Source of the DNA: Candidatus Binatia bacterium | GTDB lineage: Bacteria > Desulfobacterota > Binatia > UBA9968 > JAJDTQ01 | Direction of reading: 5' to 3' | Assembly (NCBI GenBank): GCA_963666515.2 | Contig: OY762897.2 | Coordinates: 2,400,001-2,464,000 of the forward strand | DNA length: 64,000 nucleotides | Part shown: piece after piece, positions 47,642 to 57,521 of the stretch | Layout of the letters: each line of letters starts with the position of its first letter | Position numbering within the stretch: the first letter of the stretch is position 1 | The notes under the pieces: generated by a model | Databases searched by the model: none | What the model saw: only the letters and a program-made list of their open reading frames with translations | What the model was told of the DNA's origin: nothing | Position numbers and translations under genes: made by a program

Positions 47642-48391
47642 TCATGGCAGCGGTCCTTCTCCCGACCCGGAAGGGCCGGGGTTCACGGCCGGCCCGGCGA
47701 TGTCGAGCACCAGCTTCGTCACCGCGACGCGCCCGCCCAGGCATACGTCCACGTCCCGGCCCGGCTGTCGCGGGCGCTGGTGGTACACCGCATCGTAGAC
47801 GAACGCGCCCGCTTCCCTCCGATAGGCCACGCCGAAGGGGCTCGTGTCCAGGGCGCAGTAGGCCAGATCGACCGCACCGTCAGTGGGCGGGTGCGGCAGG
47901 TTCACGTTCCAGAACTCGCCGCGGGCCAAGTCGCGGGCGAGAAGCCGCTGGAGCAAGGGTGTCGCCCGGCGATGCACGACTTCCCAGTCCACCGGCTGCC
48001 CCTTGGCCACGTACTGCGAGATGGCGAGGGAGCGGCAGCCCAGCAGCGCGGCCTCGCGGGCCGCGGCCACCGTGCCCGAAGTGTAGATGTCGGCGCCGAG
48101 GTTCGCTCCCCGGTTGACACCCGACAGCACCCAGGAGGCATCCGGGGCGATCTCGGTGAGGCCGATGCGGACGCAGTCCGCGGGGCTCGCCTGGACGCTG
48201 TACCATCCGCCGTCGGTGCGCTCCACGGGGATGGGCCGGTCCGTGGTCAACTTGTGGCCGACGCCGGACTGGACCTCCGCCGGCGCCACGACGATGACGT
48301 CGCCCAGGCCGCGCGCGGCCCGCTCCAGCACCTCCAGGCCCGGCGCGTCGATGCCGTCGTCGTTGGTGAGCAACAGTTTCACGTGGGTCAC
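47642..48391 (-). CDS. surE: 5'/3'-nucleotidase SurE
   Basis: LLTNDDGIDAPGL, QSG, PADCV, SGVNRGANLG...SGTVAAAREA. Confidence 0.95.
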   Translation of the reverse strand: MTHVKLLLTNDDGIDAPGLEVLERAARGLGDVIVVAPAEVQSGVGHKLTTDRPIPVERTDGGWYSVQASPADCVRIGLTEIAPDASWVLSGVNRGANLGADIYTSGTVAAAREAALLGCRSLAISQYVAKGQPVDWEVVHRRATPLLQRLLARDLARGEFWNVNLPHPPTDGAVDLAYCALDTSPFGVAYRREAGAFVYDAVYHQRPRQPGRDVDVCLGGRVAVTKLVLDIAGPAVNPGPSGSGEGPLP

Positions 48392-48399
48392 ATCGATTC

Positions 48400-48449
48400 C
48401 GTCACCCCGGACCCGTATTCCGTCACCCCGGACTTGATCCGGGGTCCAG
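48400..48449. repeat. REP-like palindrome, family A (partial plus full copy)
   Basis: CGTCACCCCGGAC...CGTCACCCCGGACTTGATCCGGGGTCCAG; the full copy is the exact reverse complement of 20843-20871. Confidence 0.8.
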
Positions 48450-48474
48450 GGATTGAGACAGAAATCTTCACCGC

Positions 48475-50175
48475 CTACATCCGCTCCAGGGGCCGGATGC
48501 CGAGGATGTTGAGGCCGCTCCGCAGCACCTGCTTCACCGCGGTGAAGAGCAGCAGCCGAGCCTGCGCCTTTCCGGTTTCCTCGCCCTTGACCCGCAGCAC
48601 CGCGTAGCTGGCGTGCAGGCCCCGGGCCAGCTCCAGCAGGTAGTTGGCCAGCACCGAGGGCTCATAGACCCGCCCCGCCTCGCGCAGGACGTCGGGGTAG
48701 CGGGCCACCAGGCTCACCAGCCGGTGGGCCTCGGGCTCCACCAGCGGACTCACGTCGGCGTTCGGGTCGGGTTCGAGCCCGCAGTTGCGCAGGATGCCGG
48801 CGATGCGGGCGTGGGCGCTCATGAGGTAGGGGCCGGTGTCGCCGTCGAAGGAGATGGCCAGATTCCAGTCGAAGCGGTAGTCCTTGATGCGCTGCTTGGA
48901 CAGGTCGGCGAAGAAGATCGCGGCGATGCCCACGGCCTCGGCCACGTTCTCCTCGTCCTCCAGCTCCAGCCGCTTCTCGATCTCGCCGCGCATGTAGGCC
49001 AGCGCCCGCTCCCGCGCCTCGTCCAGCAACTCCTCCAGGTAGATGACGTTGCCCTTGCGGGTGGACATGCCCTGGACCAGGCCGAAGTTCACGTGGACGC
49101 AATCGTCGGCCCACGGGTGCCCGAGCAGCTTCAGCACCGTGAAGAGCTGCCGGAAATGCAGCGACTGGCCGCTGGCCACCACGTAGACGATGCGGTCGCA
49201 GCCATAGGTGTCGTGGCGATACCGGGCCGCGGCCACGTCCCGGGTGAGATAGAGCGTGGTGCCGTCGGCCTTCTCCAGCAGCGCCGGCGTGTCGATGCCC
49301 TCCGCCGAGAGGTCCACGATGAGAGCGCCGTCGGAAACCGCAGCCAAGCCCTTGGCCCGGGCTTCCTCGATGACGGCGTCCATCTTGTCGTTGAAGAACG
49401 ACTCGCCCGTGTAGGAGTCGAAGCGCGCGCCGAGCCGGTCGTAGATCCCCTTGAAGTAGTCGAGGCTGGTGTCGCGGATGCTGCGCCAGAGCGCCAGCGC
49501 CTCCTCGTCCCCGGCCTCCTGGCGGCGGAACCACTCCCGCGCCTCCTCCACCAGCTCCGGGTCGCCGTCCGCCTCCTCGTGGAACTTGACGTACAGGCGG
49601 TTGAGGCTCATCAGGTCGTTCTCGTCGCCGGGCTTGCCGAACCGTTTGAGCCCCGCGATCTGCCGGCCGAACTGGGTGCCCCAGTCGCCCACGTGGTTGA
49701 TGCCGATGACCTCGTAGCCCAGCGCCTCGAAGATCCGCACCAGCGCGCCGCCGATGATGGTGGAGCGCAGATGGCCGACGTGGAAGGGCTTGGCGATGTT
49801 CGGGGAAGAGTAGTCGATGGCGACGGTCTGGCCAGCGCCGTCCGTGCAGCGGCCGTACGCTTCGCCCGCCGTCGCCGCCTCGCGCAGCACCGCTTCGGCA
49901 AAGCGGGTACGGTCCACCGACAGGTTGACGTAGCCGCCCAGGGCCTGGGCGCCGCTGAGCAGCTCCAGGTCTCCGGCGGCCTTGTCCGCGATCTCCTGCG
50001 CGATGAGCGGCGGGGCCTTGCGGAGCTTCTTGGCGAGGGTGAAGCACGGGAAGGCGAAGTCGCCCATGTCCGGCTTGGGCGGCACCGTCAGCATGCGCTC
50101 CACCGCGTCGGGCTCCAACTCCGCGTGTTTGGCGATGACCTGGGCTGCCTCGCCGCGGAAATCCTCCACGTTCAT
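48475..50175 (-). CDS. argS: Arginine--tRNA ligase
   Basis: DYSSPNIAKPFHVGHLRSTIIG, NHVGDWGTQFG, K.DGTTLYLTRD, MSTRKG, GDTGPYL. Confidence 0.96.
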   Translation of the reverse strand: MNVEDFRGEAAQVIAKHAELEPDAVERMLTVPPKPDMGDFAFPCFTLAKKLRKAPPLIAQEIADKAAGDLELLSGAQALGGYVNLSVDRTRFAEAVLREAATAGEAYGRCTDGAGQTVAIDYSSPNIAKPFHVGHLRSTIIGGALVRIFEALGYEVIGINHVGDWGTQFGRQIAGLKRFGKPGDENDLMSLNRLYVKFHEEADGDPELVEEAREWFRRQEAGDEEALALWRSIRDTSLDYFKGIYDRLGARFDSYTGESFFNDKMDAVIEEARAKGLAAVSDGALIVDLSAEGIDTPALLEKADGTTLYLTRDVAAARYRHDTYGCDRIVYVVASGQSLHFRQLFTVLKLLGHPWADDCVHVNFGLVQGMSTRKGNVIYLEELLDEARERALAYMRGEIEKRLELEDEENVAEAVGIAAIFFADLSKQRIKDYRFDWNLAISFDGDTGPYLMSAHARIAGILRNCGLEPDPNADVSPLVEPEAHRLVSLVARYPDVLREAGRVYEPSVLANYLLELARGLHASYAVLRVKGEETGKAQARLLLFTAVKQVLRSGLNILGIRPLERM

Positions 50176-50258
50176 GGTGCAGCCCGTCCCGTGCTTTCCG
50201 TCGAGGTCATCTCACCGAGTTTAACACAAAGCCCGTTACCTGAGCAGGGAAGGACGAA

Positions 50259-50340
50259 TGGATTCCGGCTTTCGCCGGAATGACGATACCAATGTCGGTT
50301 CCATGCCTGTAGACACAGGGAGTTTGCGCTGGAATGACGA
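50259..50340. repeat. REP-like palindromes, family A
   Basis: TGGATTCCGGCTTTCGCCGGAATGACG plus a degenerate ...CGCTGGAATGACG. Confidence 0.7.
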
Positions 50341-50349
50341 TATGGAGCG

Positions 50350-51384
50350 TCAGAACGCGGGCGCCACGTGGCGGCTGAAACGCTCCATGGAGGCGAGGAC
50401 CTTGTCCTGCGTGAGGCCGCCGAAGTGGAAACAGAGGCCGATGTGGGTGGGGCCGACCACGTCGATGATGTTTCTGAGGTGCTCGATGCAGGTGTCGGGG
50501 CTGCCGAAGACGCCGCGGTTGTCCTGCACCATGGCGTCGTAGGCCAGGCGGGCGTAGATCTTGTCCAGCATGGGTACGCGGGCGGGGTCGAGGCGCACCT
50601 CGTCCAGGGCGAACTCGCGCCAGCGGTGCCAGGCGTCCTCCACCTCGGCGCGGGCGTGGGCGTCGTCCTCGCCGACGTAGATCGGGTACATGACGAAGAC
50701 GTCGTGGTCGTCTTCCGAGAACCCCGCTTCCCGCAGGCTTTCGAGATAGACCTCAATGCGGGTGCGCTGCTCGGCATTGCTGCCGATCCACGGCAAGGTC
50801 ATGAGGTGGTAGCCGTTGCGGCCGATCATGCGGAAGTTGTCCAGGTCCCGGTTGGCCGGCACGTAGATGGGCGGATGCGGTTGCTGGTGCGGCCGGGGCC
50901 GGACGGTCATGCCGTGGTAGCTGAAGTACTCGCCGTCCCACTCCACGGTCTCCTCGGTCCAGGCCATGCGGATCACGTCCAGGGCCTCCACCAGCCGCGG
51001 CTGCGCGGTGGGCCAGTCGTGCCCGTACACCTCGTACTCGTGGGGGCTCATGCCGCGGCCGGCGCCGAACAGCAGGCGCCCGCCGGAGAGGAGGTCCAGC
51101 ATCGCGTAGTCCTCGGCGATCTGGAGCGGGTGGTGCATCGGGACCAGCGAGACGGCCGAGCCGAGCTGGAGCCGGCTGGTCCGCTGGGAGGCCGCCGACA
51201 GAAGCATCTGCGGGCTGGGCATCATGCCGCCGAACAGGCGGAAGTGGTGCTCGGTGACCCAGAGGCTGTCGAAGCGCATGTCCTCGGCCGCGTCGATCTG
51301 CTCCAGCCAGCGGGCGTAGAGTTCCCGCGAATCGCCGTCCAGCTCGGGCACGTATGTATTGAGCAGGTAGTAGCCGAACTTCAT
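50350..51384 (-). CDS. LLM-class (luciferase-like) flavin-dependent oxidoreductase
   Basis: WVTEHHF, HHPLQIAEDYAMLDLLSGGRL..GAGRG, PRPHQQPHPPI, FGSPD. Confidence 0.92.
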   Translation of the reverse strand: MKFGYYLLNTYVPELDGDSRELYARWLEQIDAAEDMRFDSLWVTEHHFRLFGGMMPSPQMLLSAASQRTSRLQLGSAVSLVPMHHPLQIAEDYAMLDLLSGGRLLFGAGRGMSPHEYEVYGHDWPTAQPRLVEALDVIRMAWTEETVEWDGEYFSYHGMTVRPRPHQQPHPPIYVPANRDLDNFRMIGRNGYHLMTLPWIGSNAEQRTRIEVYLESLREAGFSEDDHDVFVMYPIYVGEDDAHARAEVEDAWHRWREFALDEVRLDPARVPMLDKIYARLAYDAMVQDNRGVFGSPDTCIEHLRNIIDVVGPTHIGLCFHFGGLTQDKVLASMERFSRHVAPAF

Positions 51385-51443
51385 GAATGTCCTTCGCTTT
51401 CCCTTTCGGGCGCCGCAACGGTGGTAGCCTCCACCCCACCTCC

Positions 51444-51495
51444 CTGGATTCCGGCCCCGTATCGAGTACGGGGCAGGCTTTTCGCCGGAATGACG
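51444..51495. repeat. REP-like palindrome, family A, with nested hairpin
   Basis: CTGGATTCCGG-CCCCGTATCGAGTACGGGG-CAGGCTTTTCGCCGGAATGACG. Confidence 0.7.
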
Positions 51496-51573
51496 ATTCG
51501 GGTGTTGTCGCCTTTCCGCACCCAGGACGGAGTTTTGACACAGCCTGTTTCGCGGGAAGACGGACCCGACACC

Positions 51574-52806
51574 CTATTCCCGTTCCTCCAACCGTTTCTT
51601 CAGGGCGTCCAGGCTCGGTTCGACCGGCCGCAGGTGCTCCGGCGGCACGGCGACGCTGGCGGCCTGCTTGAGACCGTGGCCGGTGACGTTGCATACCACC
51701 ATGTCGTCGGCGCGGATGACGCCTTCCCGCCGGAGACGCATGGCCGCGGCCAGGGAGACGGCGCCGGACGGCTCGGCGAAGATGCCGGCCAGGCGGCTCA
51801 GCAGGCCCTGAGCTTCGAGGATATCCTCGTCCGCCAGCGCCACGCCCGTGCCATTGCTGGCGCGCACGGCGCGCAACGCCCTGAGCCCCAGCGCCCTGGG
51901 GTTGCCCACCCGAATGCTCTCGGCCACGGTGGCGCCCGCGGCCACGGGCTCGACGGTGGCGCTGCCGCTCTCCAATGCCGCGGCGATGGGGGCCGCGGCG
52001 GCGCTCTGGGCGGCCACCAGCCTGGGGAACCGGTGCGCCCAGCCGAGGCCGTGCAGCTCCTGGTAGCCTTTCCACATGGCCGCGAGGCCCGCGCCCCCGG
52101 CGGTGGGGTGGATGATCCAGTGGGGCACGTGCTCGTCGAGCTGATCGAACAGCTCGAAGGCGTAGGACTTCTTGCCCTCGTTCCGGTACGGGTTGGTGGA
52201 CAGGCAGTCGTACCAGCCGAACTCCTTGACCGCCTGCCGGTAGAACGGCCCGATGTCGTCCAGGCTCCCCTCCACCGTCACCACCTCGGCGCCGCAGGCA
52301 ACCGCCTGGACCACCTTGGCCATGTCGGTGCCTGCCGGAACCATGACGACGCTGCGCAGGCCGGCGGCCGCGGCGTAGGCGGCCACCGACGCCGCGGCGT
52401 TGCCGGTGGACGGCACCGCCACGGTGTCGAAGCCCAGCTCCACGGCGCGGGAGATGCCCACGCTGTTGCTGCGGTCCTTCAGGGAGCCGGTCGGCAGCAG
52501 CGTGTCGTTCTTGACGTAGAGCCGGTCCATCCCCAAGTGCCCGCCCAGGCGCCGGCAACGGGTGAGCGGGGTGTAGCCCTCGCCCAGGGACACCACCGAG
52601 CCGCGGCTCTTCACCGGAAAAAAATCGAACCAGCGCCAGAGGGTCTTGTCGGTGCTGGCGCGGATGATGCGCACGTCGGAGCGGGTGAGGTGCGTGAGGT
52701 CCATCTGCACCTCCAGCACTGAGTCGCAGGAGCCGCACGCGAAGGTGTCGTCGGTCACCGCCTCCCAGCCGCACTGCGGACAGCGTAGCGCCGCGATCCT
52801 GCCCAT
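51574..52806 (-). CDS. thrC: Threonine synthase
   Basis: CPQC..CGSC, SLGEGYTPL, PTGSLKDR, STGNAAAS, EGKKS, FAEPSGA, TGHGLK. Confidence 0.9.
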   Translation of the reverse strand: MGRIAALRCPQCGWEAVTDDTFACGSCDSVLEVQMDLTHLTRSDVRIIRASTDKTLWRWFDFFPVKSRGSVVSLGEGYTPLTRCRRLGGHLGMDRLYVKNDTLLPTGSLKDRSNSVGISRAVELGFDTVAVPSTGNAAASVAAYAAAAGLRSVVMVPAGTDMAKVVQAVACGAEVVTVEGSLDDIGPFYRQAVKEFGWYDCLSTNPYRNEGKKSYAFELFDQLDEHVPHWIIHPTAGGAGLAAMWKGYQELHGLGWAHRFPRLVAAQSAAAAPIAAALESGSATVEPVAAGATVAESIRVGNPRALGLRALRAVRASNGTGVALADEDILEAQGLLSRLAGIFAEPSGAVSLAAAMRLRREGVIRADDMVVCNVTGHGLKQAASVAVPPEHLRPVEPSLDALKKRLEERE

Positions 52807-52813
52807 GACCCCC

Positions 52814-55708
52814 TCAGGCCCCCGCGTCCGCGACGCCTTCCCACAGCACCTCCACGGGATGAAGCGCCTTGCGCCCGGTGAGATGCTCGATCTGCTGCCG
52901 GCAGGAGATCCCCGACGCCACCACGCGGGCGTCCTCGGGCGCGGCCTCCACCGCCGGCACCAGGCGGCGGTTGGCGATGGCTACGGACACGTCGTAGTGC
53001 TCCTTCTCGAAGCCGAAGGAGCCGGCCATGCCGCAGCAGCCGGAGTCCACCTCGCGGACCTCGTGGCCCGCCTCCCGCAGCACCGAAACCGTGGGCGCCA
53101 TGCCCACCAGCGCCTTCTGGTGGCAATGGCCGTGCAGCACCACCGGCGGCCTGGGGGCGCCGCCGTTCTTGAGCGATGACGCCGCCTCGTCGCGCATCAG
53201 CAGCTCCTCGATGAGCAGCGTCTGGCCCGCCACCAGGCGCGCCGGCTCGTTGCGCAGGAGGTCGGGGTACTCGTCCCGCAGCGTGAGGATGCAGGAGGGC
53301 TCCAGGCCCACCACCCGCACCCCCTGCTCCACGTGAGGCAGCAGCAGGCCGACGTTCCAGGCCGCGTGTTCCTTGGCGTCCTGCAGCATGCCCTTGGAGA
53401 TCATCGGCCGGCCGCAGCAGCGCCGGGGCACGGTCATCACGCGATAGCCCAGGTGCTCCAGCAGACGCGTGGCCGCCACCGCCACGTCGGGCGTGTTGTA
53501 GGTGTTGAAGGTGTCGTGGAACAGGATCACCGAGCCGCGCGAGCCCGTGCCCGCGGCATCGCGCTTCTTCCACCAGGTCTCGAAGTCGTTGCGCGCGAAG
53601 CTCGGCAGCGGGCGCCTGCGGTCGATGCCCAGGAAGCGGTCCAGGAACCAGCGGTTGACGAAGCTGCCGTTGACCCGGTTGGCGACCGGCGCCAGCAGCG
53701 AACCCCAGCGGCTCAGGGAACCGATGCGCCCGAACAGGCGGCTCCGCAACGAGACCCCGTGCACCTGCTGGTAGTGGTGCAGAAATTCGTACTTGAGCTT
53801 GGCCATGTCAACGTTGGACGGACACTCGGCCTTGCAGCCCTTGCACTCCAGGCACAGGTCCAGCACCTCGTGGAGCCCCTCGCCGGTGAACTCCGAGCGC
53901 GGCACCTTGCCGGAGAGCACCGCGCGGAAGGCGGTGGCGCGCCCGCGGGTGGAGTGCTGCTCCTCCATCGTCGCCATGTAGGACGGGCACATGGTGCCGC
54001 CCAGGGTCTTGCGGCAGGCGCCGGTGCCGTTGCACATCTCCACCGCGGCCACGAAGCCCCCCTGGTCGCTGAAGTCCAGCATGGTGTCGGGCTGCCAGGT
54101 CTTGTAGGAGGTGCCGTAGCGGAGCGAATCGGTCATGGGCGGCGCGTCCACGATCTTGCCGGGATTGAGCAGGTTGTCCGGGTCGAACAGGCGCTTGACC
54201 TTGCGGAACTCCTGGTACAGCTCGGGTCCGAAGAGCTTCTCGTTCAGGTGGCTGCGGGCCAGGCCGTCGCCGTGCTCGCCGGACATGGCGCCGCCGAACT
54301 CCATCACCAGGTCGGAGATCTCGCGCGAGATCTGCGTCATCTTCTCCACCTCGCCCGCTTCCTTGAGGTTGATGAACGGGCGGATGTGCATGCAGCCCAC
54401 GGAACAGTGGCCGTAGTAGCCGGCGCGGACGCCGTGGCTGCCGAGGATGCCGCGGAAGCGCTTGATGAACTCCGGCAGCTTCACCGGGTCCACCGCGGTG
54501 TCCTCGACGAAGGCGATGGGCTTCTTCTCTCCCTTGACGCCCAGCAGGAGCCCAAGGCCCGCCTTGCGCACGCCCCAGATCCGCTGCACCTCCCCCGGCT
54601 CGTAGGCGAGCGAGGCAGCGTAGCCCATGTGCTCGCGCTGGCGGATCACCTCCAGCTTGTCGACCTTGTCCCGGACCTCGTCGGCGGTGTCGCCGTCGTA
54701 CTCCACCATGAGGATGGCGTCGGGGTCGCCCTGCACGAAGCCCAGCCGCTTGGACTGCTCGATGTTGTTGCGGGCGAGGTCCAGGATGGGCTTGTCGGTG
54801 AGTTCCATGGCGTAGGGGTTGGTAGCGAGAATGGCTTCGGACACCCCCAGCGCGTCCTGGAGGTCGTGGAAGTGGATGACGTCCAGCGCGGTGAACTTCG
54901 GCTTTGGCACCAGCCGCATCTTCGCTTCCACCACGCACGCGAGGGTGCCCTCGGAGCCCACGATCAGGCGCGAGAGGTTGAACGGCTGATCCTTGGCGAA
55001 CTCGTCCAGGTTGTAGCCCGACACCCGCCGCATGAGCTTGGGATAGCGCTCGGCGATGAGCCCGCCGGCGGACTCCACCAGCGGCGGAAGCTGCTGGTAG
55101 ATGCGGCCCTCCAGCCCCTTCCCTCCCTGCCGGGCGGCCAGCCCGTCCGCCGGAAGGTCCTTCAGAACCGCCTCGCTGCCGTCCGCCAGCAGCACCGTCA
55201 GCTCCAGCACGTGGTCCAGGGTCTTGCCGTAGACGATGGAGTGGGCGCCGGCGGAGTTGTTGCCGATCATGCCGCCGATGGTGGCCCGGTTGGAGGTGGA
55301 GGTATCCGGCCCGAAGAGCATGCCCATGGGCGCCGCGTGGGCGTTCAGGGCATCCTGCACCAGTCCGGGCTGGACCCGGCACCAAAGCTCCTCCCGGTTC
55401 ACCTCCAACACCTGGTTCATGTACTTGGAGAAGTCCATGACGATGGCGTGGCCCACGGTCTGGCCCGCCAGCGAGGTGCCGCCGCCTCGTGCCAGCACCG
55501 GCACCCGGTGCCGGTTGGCCACCTCGATGACCGCCTGCACGTCGCCCTTGTGGCGGGGGATGACCACGCCCACGGGCTCCACCTGGTAGATGGACGCGTC
55601 CGTGGCGTAGAGCAGCCGCGAGTAGTGGTCGAACCGGACCTCGCCCTCCACGCGCTTGCGCAGCTCGGCCTCGGTCTCCCGGTAGTCCTGCAAACCTTCA
55701 CGCGCCAT
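52814..55708 (-). CDS. FAD-binding / Fe-S oxidoreductase (YdiJ-like, GlcD-GlcF fusion)
   Basis: YATDASIY, RGGGTSLAGQ, GSEGTL, SGEHGDG, LNPGK, CNGTGAC, CLECKGC..ECP, CCG motifs, HGHCHQ. Confidence 0.92.
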   Translation of the reverse strand: MAREGLQDYRETEAELRKRVEGEVRFDHYSRLLYATDASIYQVEPVGVVIPRHKGDVQAVIEVANRHRVPVLARGGGTSLAGQTVGHAIVMDFSKYMNQVLEVNREELWCRVQPGLVQDALNAHAAPMGMLFGPDTSTSNRATIGGMIGNNSAGAHSIVYGKTLDHVLELTVLLADGSEAVLKDLPADGLAARQGGKGLEGRIYQQLPPLVESAGGLIAERYPKLMRRVSGYNLDEFAKDQPFNLSRLIVGSEGTLACVVEAKMRLVPKPKFTALDVIHFHDLQDALGVSEAILATNPYAMELTDKPILDLARNNIEQSKRLGFVQGDPDAILMVEYDGDTADEVRDKVDKLEVIRQREHMGYAASLAYEPGEVQRIWGVRKAGLGLLLGVKGEKKPIAFVEDTAVDPVKLPEFIKRFRGILGSHGVRAGYYGHCSVGCMHIRPFINLKEAGEVEKMTQISREISDLVMEFGGAMSGEHGDGLARSHLNEKLFGPELYQEFRKVKRLFDPDNLLNPGKIVDAPPMTDSLRYGTSYKTWQPDTMLDFSDQGGFVAAVEMCNGTGACRKTLGGTMCPSYMATMEEQHSTRGRATAFRAVLSGKVPRSEFTGEGLHEVLDLCLECKGCKAECPSNVDMAKLKYEFLHHYQQVHGVSLRSRLFGRIGSLSRWGSLLAPVANRVNGSFVNRWFLDRFLGIDRRRPLPSFARNDFETWWKKRDAAGTGSRGSVILFHDTFNTYNTPDVAVAATRLLEHLGYRVMTVPRRCCGRPMISKGMLQDAKEHAAWNVGLLLPHVEQGVRVVGLEPSCILTLRDEYPDLLRNEPARLVAGQTLLIEELLMRDEAASSLKNGGAPRPPVVLHGHCHQKALVGMAPTVSVLREAGHEVREVDSGCCGMAGSFGFEKEHYDVSVAIANRRLVPAVEAAPEDARVVASGISCRQQIEHLTGRKALHPVEVLWEGVADAGA

Positions 55709-55785
55709 GGGAAACTTCTCCTGGCGGCCACCCGATCACGAACCGGGCGGCTTCAGCCGAGGGACGCGGCCTGCGGCCGCCCTCC

Positions 55786-56079
55786 TCAGTCGATGGCCTC
55801 ATACCGCTTGACCACGGCGCGTGCGCCCTGAAGCGCCCGGGCATGGTTCTGGATGGCCTTGTGGTCGTCACTATCGCGATAGCGGTCGATGTCTTCCTGG
55901 CTCTCCCACTCGGCGTAGGAGATGTACTCGCCCGGGGAATCCATGCACTTGAGCAACTGCTCGGACTTGCAGCCCTTCTGGGCGAGCATCCGCGGACCGC
56001 AATCCTCTTTCCAGATGCGCTCCGCTTCCGCGGCCTGGCCGGGATCGACGTTGACGTGGATCAGTCTGACGATGGACAT
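55786..56079 (-). CDS. Antibiotic biosynthesis monooxygenase (ABM) domain protein
   Basis: MSIVRLIHVNVDPG...QKGC....YISYAEWES....YRDS.DH; GAGGAGG SD. Confidence 0.8.
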   Translation of the reverse strand: MSIVRLIHVNVDPGQAAEAERIWKEDCGPRMLAQKGCKSEQLLKCMDSPGEYISYAEWESQEDIDRYRDSDDHKAIQNHARALQGARAVVKRYEAID

Positions 56080-56161
56080 CTCAATCCTCCTCTTTGGGAT
56101 TCGTCTGTTACGGTTTATTTCAACTCTTCCCTCTACCGCAAGCCGTTTCGGTTTTCCGGTT

Positions 56162-56446
56162 TCAAGTCGCGAAACGGAGTTTGACCCCACACGCGGCCGA
56201 CACTTTGGCGAGTGTGTCGAGCCGTGGATTTCTCCGGCCGGACAGCGCGCGGGACAGTGCCACGCGATCCAGCTTGGCCTCACGCGCGAGTGCGGACACG
56301 CCGCCCTGCGCCTCGGCTACGTTGCGAAACGCCTTCATGAGCAGGCGCGGGTCGTCACCCATCTCCTCGATCGCTGCATTCAAATAAGCAACGATATCCT
56401 CGGGTGTCTTGAGATAATCGCTCGCCCTATGTTCTCTTACGGGCAT
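56162..56446 (-). CDS. Addiction module antidote protein (HI1420-like HTH)
   Basis: DYLKTPEDIVAYLNAAIEE, VAEAQGG...LA....L.RALS...NPRLDTL. Confidence 0.9.
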   Translation of the reverse strand: MPVREHRASDYLKTPEDIVAYLNAAIEEMGDDPRLLMKAFRNVAEAQGGVSALAREAKLDRVALSRALSGRRNPRLDTLAKVSAACGVKLRFAT

Positions 56447-56762
56447 TTCGTTTCTCCTGTCGGTACGCTTTCCAACGGGCCTGCGCCGTGGCTATATCGC
56501 GGGCCTGCCGGTTCTTCGTTCCGCCACCCAGCAGAATCACGACCTCATCACCGTCACGACCGTAGTACAATCTGTATCCAGGACCAAAATCGACCCGAAG
56601 CTCGGAAACGCCCTTCCCCACGCTCCTGTGATCCCCGAAGTTGCCGAACTCGATTCGATCGATGCGCGTCTGCACACGAGCACGCGTTGCGGACGATTGC
56701 TGCCGGAGCCAAGTGTCGAAGTAGTCAACGCCGTCGTCGGAAACGTAGTGCAGTACGACCAC
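56427..56762 (-). CDS. RelE/ParE-family addiction module killer protein (HI1419-like)
   Basis: F..WL, RIDRIE.GNFGD.RSVG.GVSELRVDFGPGYRLYY, ILLGGGTK..Q.RDI..A. Confidence 0.92.
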   Translation of the reverse strand: MVVLHYVSDDGVDYFDTWLRQQSSATRARVQTRIDRIEFGNFGDHRSVGKGVSELRVDFGPGYRLYYGRDGDEVVILLGGGTKNRQARDIATAQARWKAYRQEKRNARKRT

Positions 56763-56771
56763 ACCATTGTC

Positions 56772-56787
56772 GTAGTCGATCGGCTAC
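56772..56787. promoter_or_regulatory. Palindromic operator of the TA operon
   Basis: GTAGTCGATCGGCTAC (one mismatched pair) just upstream of the toxin start. Confidence 0.55.
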
Positions 56788-57521
56788 AGTCCGTCAAGGA
56801 GTTCCTGTGCCGTGCGGAAGACGTCGTGGAACATGGGCACGGTGAGCTTGCCTGTGAAGGTGTTCTGCTGGCTGGGGTGGTAGGAGCCCAGGAGGGTCAA
56901 GCCGTTGTCGAAGTCATGGCGGCTTCCGTGGCCGAACTGCGGGCGCGGACGAGGAAGCGATTGACCTGCTTCGGCCGCCGCCTTGAGGTAGGAGTCGAAG
57001 GCGATCTTCCCCAACGCGATGACCACCCGGAGACGGCGGAGCAGCGCGAGGTCCCGGACCAGGTAGCCGCGGCATTTGTCGAACTCGTCCCGGGCGGGCT
57101 TGTTTTCGGGGGGCGCGCAGCGAACCGCGGCGGAGATGTAGCAGTCGGTGAGCTTCAGACCGTCGTTCCGGTCCACGGACTCGGCCTGATTGGCGAACCC
57201 GTGCTCGAACAGCGCTCGGTAGAGCCAGTCGCCGCTGCGGTCTCCGGTGAACATCCGACCGGTGCGGTTGCCGCCGTGGGCCGCGGGCGCCAAGCCTACG
57301 ATGAGGAGTTGCGCGGCACTATCGCCGAAGCCGGGAAGCGGCCGGCCCCAATACTTGTAGCCGTGGTATCGCCGCGGTGGATTGGCCGCGGTCTCGGCCC
57401 GCCAGTCCACCAGCCTCGGGCACTTTCGGCACCGGATCACCGCCCGGTTGACACGTGCGAAAGAGTCCATTTCATAGGCATCGAGGCAGCAAGGTGAGGC
57501 CGAAGGGCTACGTTCTGCCAT
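56784..57521 (-). CDS. Uracil-DNA glycosylase family 5 (UdgB-like, 4Fe-4S)
   Basis: CRKCPRL, YWGRPLPGFGD, GLAPAAHGGNRTGRMFTGDRSG, RCAPP.NKP, YHPSQQNT; start 57521 or 57470. Confidence 0.93.
   Translation of the reverse strand: MAERSPSASPCCLDAYEMDSFARVNRAVIRCRKCPRLVDWRAETAANPPRRYHGYKYWGRPLPGFGDSAAQLLIVGLAPAAHGGNRTGRMFTGDRSGDWLYRALFEHGFANQAESVDRNDGLKLTDCYISAAVRCAPPENKPARDEFDKCRGYLVRDLALLRRLRVVIALGKIAFDSYLKAAAEAGQSLPRPRPQFGHGSRHDFDNGLTLLGSYHPSQQNTFTGKLTVPMFHDVFRTAQELLDGL

Noticed and set aside
50217-51546. GAGTTTAACACAAAGCC and GAGTTTTGACACAGCC resembling IS ends around the LLM gene
   Set aside because: Same orientation, weak similarity, no transposase and no target duplication
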